Of a stretch of DNA of 64,000 bases, positions 55,932 through 64,000 are shown piece by piece. The stretch lies in contig NC_042997.1 of assembly GCF_006345805.1 (NCBI RefSeq), forward strand, positions 34,348,001-34,412,000, written 5' to 3'. Below the pieces are notes generated by a model, which had not been told where the DNA came from, did no database searches, and saw nothing but the letters and a program-made list of their open reading frames with translations. Position 1 is the first letter of the stretch, and the number at the start of each line of letters is the position of its first letter. The stretch comes from Octopus sinensis (Eukaryota). Made by a program: the position numbers and the translations under genes.

Positions 55932-56486
55932 TGTATTCTTTTGTGAACCGGTGAACATTCAAAGAAACTTGCTAATGGAAATGCCAATATAACAAAGATA
56001 ATATCAATACCAATATAATAAGAAATCACGCAGAAGTAGATGCACATCAAACATACACATAGACACATATTTATTTGTCAACATTACAACATGGCTAAAT
56101 CTATAGAATGTCTAACTAAGTATCTTGTGGTTATTAGTTAGTTGATGCCCGATCATGTTCTGAGTTCAAATCTTACCGATGTCTTTGAGTTCCTTTTTCA
56201 CTCTTTCGAGGGATCAATAATACAGTCAAATATTGGTATCAATTCATGTGTCTATCGTTTCTTAACATGTATGTGTTTCATTTCCTAAGAAATATATGCC
56301 GATTTCTTGGAAAGAGACGAAGCTATGAATTTTCTAGGGCGCTTATATTTAATTTATCACTTAGCGCTTTTATGATACAATTTTTTTATTGATCTCGGAA
56401 GAACGGAATTCAAAATCTGTCTTGGCTGGTTTTGAACTCATCACAGAAGGGATCGTCACGAAATATTCCAGGTATTACACAATTAT

Positions 56487-56675
56487 TGGTTTCAAATTTT
56501 GGCACAAGGCCAGCAGTTTGGGTGGAGGGGTAGGACTATTACATAGATTCGGTATTCGATTGGTACTTATTTTATCGACTCCGAAAGGATAAAAGCAAAG
56601 TCGACCTCGGCGAAATATGAAGTCAGAACGTGAAGATAGACGATATACTGTTAAGCATGTTTCCCGGTGTGTTAA
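56487..56675 (-). mobile_element. Degenerate SINE family A
   Basis: ggtacttattttatcgactccgaaaggataaaagcaaagtcgacctcggcg. Confidence 0.75.
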
Positions 56676-57184
56676 GTATTTTCAAATTAATAGCACCATT
56701 TATGTTACTGAAGAGTAAAACTTTTGGATTCATTTCTGCGACGTTCTGTCAGAAATCATTGTTAGATTATTCTAAGCGTAATGTCGTTTACCTATTTCCT
56801 TTCCTGGATGTTAACCATGATATTTGCTGATTTCAGCGAACTTCTGAATGTGGTAACCACATCAAAAGAGTAATATGCGGATAGGCCGTGAGAACATTCA
56901 GGAAAGTTTGGTTAGTTCAAGCAGGACGGCTGAATCTAATAATGATTTTTTTTAAACGATGGCGCAAAGCTACATATTTTGGAAACGGAACAAGCGGCTT
57001 AATTGACTCCAATATTTATTTGATCGACCTAAAGTGATTTGAATTCAGAACGTAAACGGAGGTAAGAAAATACCACAATTCATTTTATGCTGTCCACACT
57101 TTAGTATTATTACCACTCGCTAATTTCCAATCATCTATCCAATAATAGAAATTAGTTGGATTTAAAAGTATTTCAGAAATTTGA

Positions 57185-57353
57185 AGGCGCAGGAGTGGCT
57201 GTGTAGTAAGTAGCTTGTTAACCAACCACATGGTTCCGGGTTCAGTCCCACTGCGTGGCATCTTGGGCAAGTGTCTTCTACTATAGCCCCGGGCCGACCA
57301 ATGCCTTTTGAGTGGATTTGGTAGACGGAAACTGAAAGAAGCCTGTCGTATAT

Positions 57354-57397
<44 letters not shown>

Positions 57398-57640
57398 ATA
57401 TATATGTTGTATGTGTGTGTGTTTGTGTGTCTGTGTTTGTTCCCCTAGCATTGTTTGACACCGATGCTGGTGTGTTTGCGTCCCCGTCACTTAGCGGTTC
57501 GGCAAAAAGAGACCGATCGAATAAGTACTGGGCTTACAAAAAGAATAAGTCCCGGGGTCGAGTTGCTCGACTGAAGGCGGTGCTCCAGCATGGCCGCAGT
57601 CGGATGACTGAAACAAGTAAAAGAGTAAAAGAGTAAAGAG
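57185..57640 (+). mobile_element. SINE family B, full-length
   Basis: aggcgcaggagtggctgtgtagtaag..gaaacaagtaaaagagtaaaagagt. Confidence 0.9.
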
Positions 57641-58269
57641 TATGTTTTTCTTTTTCCAGCGGAATCAGTTAGTTAATTAATCATGTTATCTATCTATATT
57701 TATAATTTCAATCCTCACTTTTTATGGTCCTTCTAGCTACATCTACTCATACACACTGCTGTGTAGATGGATGATGCTCTTTTTCACTTTGTCTTAAAAT
57801 TCTCTCAACATAAATCTTCCACAAATATTCAACGTCAGATATGTGTTGATTTACCAATGGGAGCATGACAATCCAATTTCTTCCTTCAACAAAAGACAAT
57901 ACCCCCAACCCTCCAATCGCTAAAAGTCTAATTTTCCTAAATGCCAACAACATACACCCAGAGCTTCTAAAGTATTGTACATGTCCTAAGCTTCCGGCTC
58001 GATTTCATAGCGGCCTCAAATTAACACAATAATTGGGCATCTGTTTACGAGGGAATACACTTCATCTATCTTGATTCACTCACTCTCTACAAGATGAACA
58101 TTTATCCATTTTGTAGTTTCTCTCATTATCAGGAAAGTCACTGATGCGATACACACAAATGCTTTACCTTTGATCAAAGCCAGAAGAGTTATTCGGCTGA
58201 CATGCACTATTTTGCATCCTGCTTCTACTACTAAAATAGTTTTATTCTGCCTTTTCTACTACTAAAATA

Positions 58270-59567
58270 TTGGGTTGGCAACTATGTTCCCGCCATTTTT
58301 TTAAAAATTTAAATTTTTCAAAAATTTTAATAAAAAACAACTAATCAATCAATGATATATTAACCCTTGTTGTTTACAACTTCTTCCCAACATTCAACAA
58401 GATTGTCAATATCTCGTTGGTAGAAATCACCCGATTTCGACTCGAAAAATTGATCCAACCGAGCTCTCAATTCTGCATCAGTATTGAACGAAATTCCGCG
58501 CATAGCATTTGAAAGAGATCGCAACAGGTGGAAATCCGTTGGTGCCAAATCAGGAGAGTACGACGGGTGTGTCAGCACTTCCCAGCCATGCATTTGAATG
58601 GCTTCCTTGGTCATATTGGCGATATGAGGGCGGGCGTTGTCGTGCAACAGAACTCCATGCTGACGATTAGGCCTTTTTTCTTGAATAGCCGTGCTGAGTT
58701 TTCCCATCTGTTGAACACAGAGTTCCGCGTTGACCGCATGGTTCCGTTCAAGCAATTCGTAATGGATAATCCCTTCCCAGTCCCACTATACGCACAACAT
58801 CGTTTTACGCGGATGAATATCTTGTTTCACGTGCGGTGTCGCTTGTTTACCAGTGCTAAGCCATTCCTTACGCTGCTTCATATTGATGTACAGGCCCCAA
58901 TTCTCTTCGCCAGTAACGATTTGGTAAAGAAATCGTGCTTGTGTCCATGAGTTGAGAGGTGACGAGCAAGCAAACCAGCAGAGATTGTGACTCATTGATT
59001 TTTGTTGTTGTCACTTAAAGCATGCGGAACCCATGCTCCATACTTCTGAACCTTTCCCATCGAGTGAAGATGCTTCTCTATAGCAGTGTGGGAGCATTCC
59101 ATTTTCTCTACCAGTTCCCTTGCCGTTTGACGAGAATTTTCGTGCAAAAGTTGGTTTAATCATTCCTCATCGAACTCAACTGGACAGCCAGATCGAGGTA
59201 CGTCTTTGGGGTCAAAATTTCCATTTTTGAACTTGGCATACCAATCACGAGCAGATCTTTCAGCTCTGGCACCCTCTCCATGCACAGCTAAAATGTCGCG
59301 ACCAGCTTTTGCGGCCTTAGAACCTTGATTAAAACCAAAAAGAAGGTGGTGTCGAAAATGCTCGTTTTTCTTAAATTGACATTCCATGTTAATGATCTGA
59401 AAATAAACAAAACTTAACTAAAATTAACTAGAAAAAACAAAACAAAACAAAATAGATTCCAAAATGATTCAAAAATAGAATTCTCGAAAAAAATAGATTC
59501 CAAAATTTATAAACGCAATAAATTCCAAAATTAAAAAAAAACGGCGGTAACTTAGTTGCCAACCCAA
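58270..59567 (-). mobile_element. Full-length mariner (DD34D type), about 1.3 kb, with an inactivated transposase
   Basis: TA|ttgggttggcaact..agttgccaacccaa|TA TIRs; MECQFKKNEHFRHHLLF..RSGCPVEFDEE*, IVTGEENW, LLHDNARPH, HPSYSPDLAPTDFHL; at least one stop and frameshifts. Confidence 0.95.
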
Positions 59568-60334
59568 TAGTTTTGCGCCCGTTAAATAATAAGTTTTTTG
59601 TTTTAATCAACCAAGTCCTTACGATATATTTTTTGCCCTTTCTGTTGTCTCCCACCATAGCTCTCACACTATGCACATTTTTACTAACCCCTAGTTGAAT
59701 AATCTGTCATTTTTGTCAGCAAGTCTACATGCATTCAAAGAGTGATGCTGAACGTCATCCATATCGATCGCACCAGCCTAGGAGGACCTGCAAAGGCCAT
59801 CGGTGATATTATTTCTCCTTCGACTAATTAATAATTAGCCAATGATAGAGTTGCTACCTGGCTCGTAATTTACTAGAAATAACAGTAATATTTACTAAAA
59901 TCACACTCTAACATCATACCTGTACGAACACATCGGAAAACATAAATTAAGAGGGGTTAGTCAGGACAGGAATGCCTTGCCTTTAATACTAAATCATGAC
60001 CAGATGTGATTTAGGGCTGAACGGCAATAAAAATTACTAATAATTTTTATTAATAAGTTGTAAATTTCCTCTTCAAAATGCATGAACATATACAATTTCC
60101 GGAAACTTGAATCGTGTACTTGAATCGTCAACAGCTCTCGTATTTCTTAGCGAAATCACCTAAAATAAATACCGATATTATTCTATTTTAACTAATAGGT
60201 GAAACATTTTGGACAATGCAGCATGACGAACACTTGACCTACGGTTTCATATTTTAGCGAATAAATCTTCCTTCATTTTATCAGTTGAACATAATATAGA
60301 CTCGAGCAGCACGCGTTCTGACATGCAATAGTTG

Positions 60335-61083
60335 ATTGTATATGGTCGCAGTGCGATAGATTTGGCATGTTATTCCATCTTTGACCCTTCCCCAACATTC
60401 ACAAACATACATAAATGCATGATCCATGGCAGATAATATAAATGTGATAGCTCACAATATCCGTTACGTGGATGCGCAAAATGCAAAACATAGCAACAGA
60501 ATCTCTTAGAAACTTGAACTTACCTTAAATTTTCATTAATATACTGGATGACTCAATATGTGACAGAAAGGGGGAATTTTAATATATTGTATATGGTCGC
60601 AGTGCGATAGATTTGGCATGTTATTCCATCTTTGCCCCTCCCCCAACATTCACAAACATACATAAATGCATGATCCATGGCAGATAATATAAATGTGATA
60701 GCTCACAATATCCGTACGTGGATGCGCAAAATGCAAAACATAGCAACAGAATCTCTTAGAACTTGAACTTACCTTAAATTTCATTATTACTGGATGACTC
60801 AATATGTGACAGAAAGGGGGAATTTTAATATATTGTATATGGTCGCAGTGCGATAGATTTGGCATGTTATTCCATCTTTGCCCCTCCCCCAACATTCACA
60901 AACATACATAAATGCATGATCCATGGCAGATAATATAAATGTGATAGCTCACAATATCCGTTACGTGGATGCGCAAAATGCAAAACATAGCAACAGAATC
61001 TCTTAGAAACTTGAACTTACCTTAAATTTTCATTAATATACTGGATGACTCAATACGTGACAGAAAGGGGGAATTTTAATATA
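60335..61083. repeat. Three tandem copies of an approximately 250-bp unit
   Basis: attgtatatggtcgcagtgcgatag recurs near 60335, 60586 and 60833; copies are nearly identical. Confidence 0.95.
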
Positions 61084-61443
61084 TATTCTAGCAGAATGAT
61101 TTTGCCCTATTGCAGTACTAGTAATACCAAAAATACAAGTTGCTTTCATGTTTGGTTTCTAAAGTTAAATTGTCAACCATTACTGTTTTGTTGTTGCTAT
61201 TCTTCAATTCCAGTAGGCCTTCCAGCTGTTGTATTGAGAACAACATTATAACGAATTCCCCTTTTGTTTTAAAGCCAGTAGGGCGTGCTTTGAGAAATAA
61301 ATAACTCTTATTTCCGGCAGGTTGAAGGTTTGCATAGAGACTCGTTTCAAGATCTTAGTTATTGTTGAAGCCTGTGAGTGCACAGAAAAACTTAATTTGA
61401 AGAAAGCAAGGAAGAAAGGAAGCGAAAAGCAAGCGAGCGAGAA

Positions 61444-61483
<40 letters not shown>

Positions 61484-61618
61484 GAGAGGGCGAGAGAGAA
61501 AGAGAGAAAGAGAGAGAACAATAAGGTGAAAAGAAAAAACCGACAAAGAGAGAAAGGAAGAAGAGAAAAATACAAATTTAGAGAGAAAAAACAAACAAAC
61601 TGAGAACGAGTGAATGAG

Positions 61619-61689
<71 letters not shown>

Positions 61690-61789
61690 GGGAAATAAAG
61701 GGGGCTAGAGAGGAGGAGAGAAGTAAACAAATTAGGTACAAAGTGAACTCTGAAGAGATTGAAACTAAATGGGGCACTAAAGTATAAAA

Positions 61790-62982
61790 ATATAAACAGA
61801 GAGACAAAGAGAAAGAGGCAAGGGAACACGAATACTGCGATTCATGGCAGTTTCCATTCTCTTCCCAGGGTACATCTTACACTGTGACGATACAGTGCTT
61901 TTATCAATGCGATATTTGGAGTAGTTTGTTCTCAGAGTTTGTTGTTGAGCGCTGCGCACTAATTCCTTAGTGGGCCCTTTGAAGTCTCATTTCTGCTGCC
62001 ATTTCCAGATTCTATTCCAATCGTTCTCATATCTAATCTTCAAGAACTGACTGTACATTTTCTTGTCCTGCCAAATTTTCTTCATCTGATCTCTCTGGTC
62101 TTTCTTAAATCGTGTTGGATCTACGGCTTCATTCACTTTTAAGTTTCCCTGCATTTTCATTGCTTCAACCATTTCTTCTTTACTTCCCTTGACATATCAA
62201 GCCAGGCTAATCTCCTCTTCTCTTACACACCCTCCACAACGCACCAATCCCTGTCCTCCTCCTTCTTTCCTCTTTAATACAATCTTGTCACATCACTCTT
62301 GGGGTGTAGTTCCTTGTTCATTGTCATTAATTTAGGTATTCTCCGGTCTATCTCTTGTAATTCATTCTTTTTCCAAGATACTATTCCTGCCCCATATCTC
62401 ATCAAAGCAACCACCCACGTGTTGATTGCTCTAATCTTATAGAGGCCATTTAGCTTCGATTGGAGCACAAGCAGAGTTCTCCTCAAATACTCTTTCCTCT
62501 ACATTTCTACCATCTTGTGTTCATTCTTCTTAATTCTTTCAACGATACCCAGGTACTTATATCTTTTGTCTCCGACATCCTTTATAGCTTCGCCACTTTC
62601 CAGTTTGATCCCATGGCTTTTACTGATTTTCTCCCTTTTGAGAATCATTACACCACATTTCTCGATCTCAAGTTCCAAGCCAATATCTTTGCTAATCATG
62701 TCATGGGGAGATGAGCTGGGAGAGGAATCTTTCAAGGGGACAGTCTGTCGCCTCTCCTATTTTTTTGACTGCATACTGCCAGTTGCCGTCGACCTGCATA
62801 CTGAGAGAGAGAGAGAGAGTGAGAGAGAGAGAGAGAGAGAGAGAACAATAAGGTGAAAAGAAAATACTGACAAAAAGAGAAACGAAGAAGAGAAAAATAC
62901 AAATTGAGAGAGAAAAAAATAAACTAAGAACGAGCGAATGAGAGATAGATAGATAGATAAATATATGAATGGATAGATAGAT

Positions 62983-63051
<69 letters not shown>

Positions 63052-63720
63052 GACTGTACATTTGCCGTCGAACTCTCGATTTCTTCCTCAGTCTTAGCGA
63101 ATAAATTTAGGTCATCCATAAACCACTGGTTGTTTACTTTCACCCTGTCTAGCATGTACCCCACACACACACATCTTTCTTAAAACGCTGGTTAGTGGCA
63201 GTATGCAGTCAACAAACAGGAGAGGCCACAGACTGTCCCCTTGAGAGATTCCTCTTTTGATATTTACCTCTCCCAGCTCATCTCCCCATGATATGAGTTC
63301 AGTTCACCACGATGCCATTGAGATTTTTTATTAACTTCAGGATATTATGGGAGACCTTAAGCAGTTCAAGGCATTCAATAATCCACGAGTGTGGGACCAT
63401 GTCATATGCTTCCCTGTAGTCCACCCATGCCATCGCCAAATTTTTGTGTCTCTTCTTGCAGTCAGCCAGGATAGTCTTATCGATTAGTAATTGATCCTTC
63501 GTTCTTCTGCTCTTACGTCTACACCCCTTTTGTTCCACTGGTAGTAGGTCGTTCCCATCTTGGTACTTGTAGATGGTGTTCGATATGATGGCTGTCATCA
63601 CTTTCCACACCAGTGGCAAACAAGATGCTGGTCGGAAAATTCCAACAGCATTCTCTTTACTTGGGTCCTTTAGGCATAGTACCGCTCTTCCTTTTGTCAT
63701 CCAGGCCGGCACTCAGTATT
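61790..63720 (-). mobile_element. Non-LTR retrotransposon relic with an RT domain (RLE type, R4/Dong-like by inference)
   Basis: [115 protein letters not shown]. Confidence 0.9.
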
Positions 63721-63740
63721 TCTCGCAATTCTCTCATGCA

Positions 63741-63744
63741 GAGC

Positions 63745-63779
<35 letters not shown>

Positions 63780-64000
63780 TAGTTTTATTTTTATAGCGTG
63801 CTTTCACTTCACTACCGAGCGCAGCTCTGTGTGCCTTGGGTATGTGCTGTGATTTGTTGTGATGCTCTGATGGTTATTGTATGGAAAGTGTTCTGCGTAG
63901 GATGTGTGCAGTGCCTAGTAGTGCAATTTTCTGTATGTTATATGTGTTTGTAAGTCCTGGTGTTTTTGTTATGTTGTAAGTCCTGGTGTTTTTGTTATGT
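63741..64000 (-). mobile_element. 3' end of an RLE-type LINE with a (TAA)n tail
   Basis: PGLTNTYNIQKIALLGTAHILRRTLSIQ* followed by a 3' UTR and (AAT)n. Confidence 0.85.

Noticed and set aside
61130-61360. Approximately 75-codon open stretch on the minus strand (DLETSLYANLQPAGNK..)
   Set aside because: No matching acceptor in frame, no start codon context and no recognisable domain.

Overview
AT-rich animal genomic DNA that is mostly non-coding and extremely rich in microsatellites: (TA)n, (AAT)n, (TATG)n, (TCTA)n and (CA)n. The microsatellite load and the three tRNA-derived SINE families point to an octopus or other coleoid cephalopod (inference, no database search). Nearly all long ORFs in the supplied track are microsatellite translations. 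Recognisable content is mobile-element debris: many SINEs (some with 11-12 bp TSDs, some as head-to-tail multimers), two mariner elements (one full-length), a Penelope-like RT/GIY-YIG relic, RTE and RLE-type LINE relics, a hAT relic, two solo LTRs, four fold-back/MITE-like hairpins and four local tandem duplications. A few small exon candidates with good splice signals, mostly on the minus strand, suggest the window lies in the introns of a large gene that I cannot identify. I found no CRISPR array, rRNA, true tRNA or prokaryote-type system, and no clearly novel biological system. The best leads are the unidentified minus-strand gene and several microsatellite- or microhomology-linked rearrangements.
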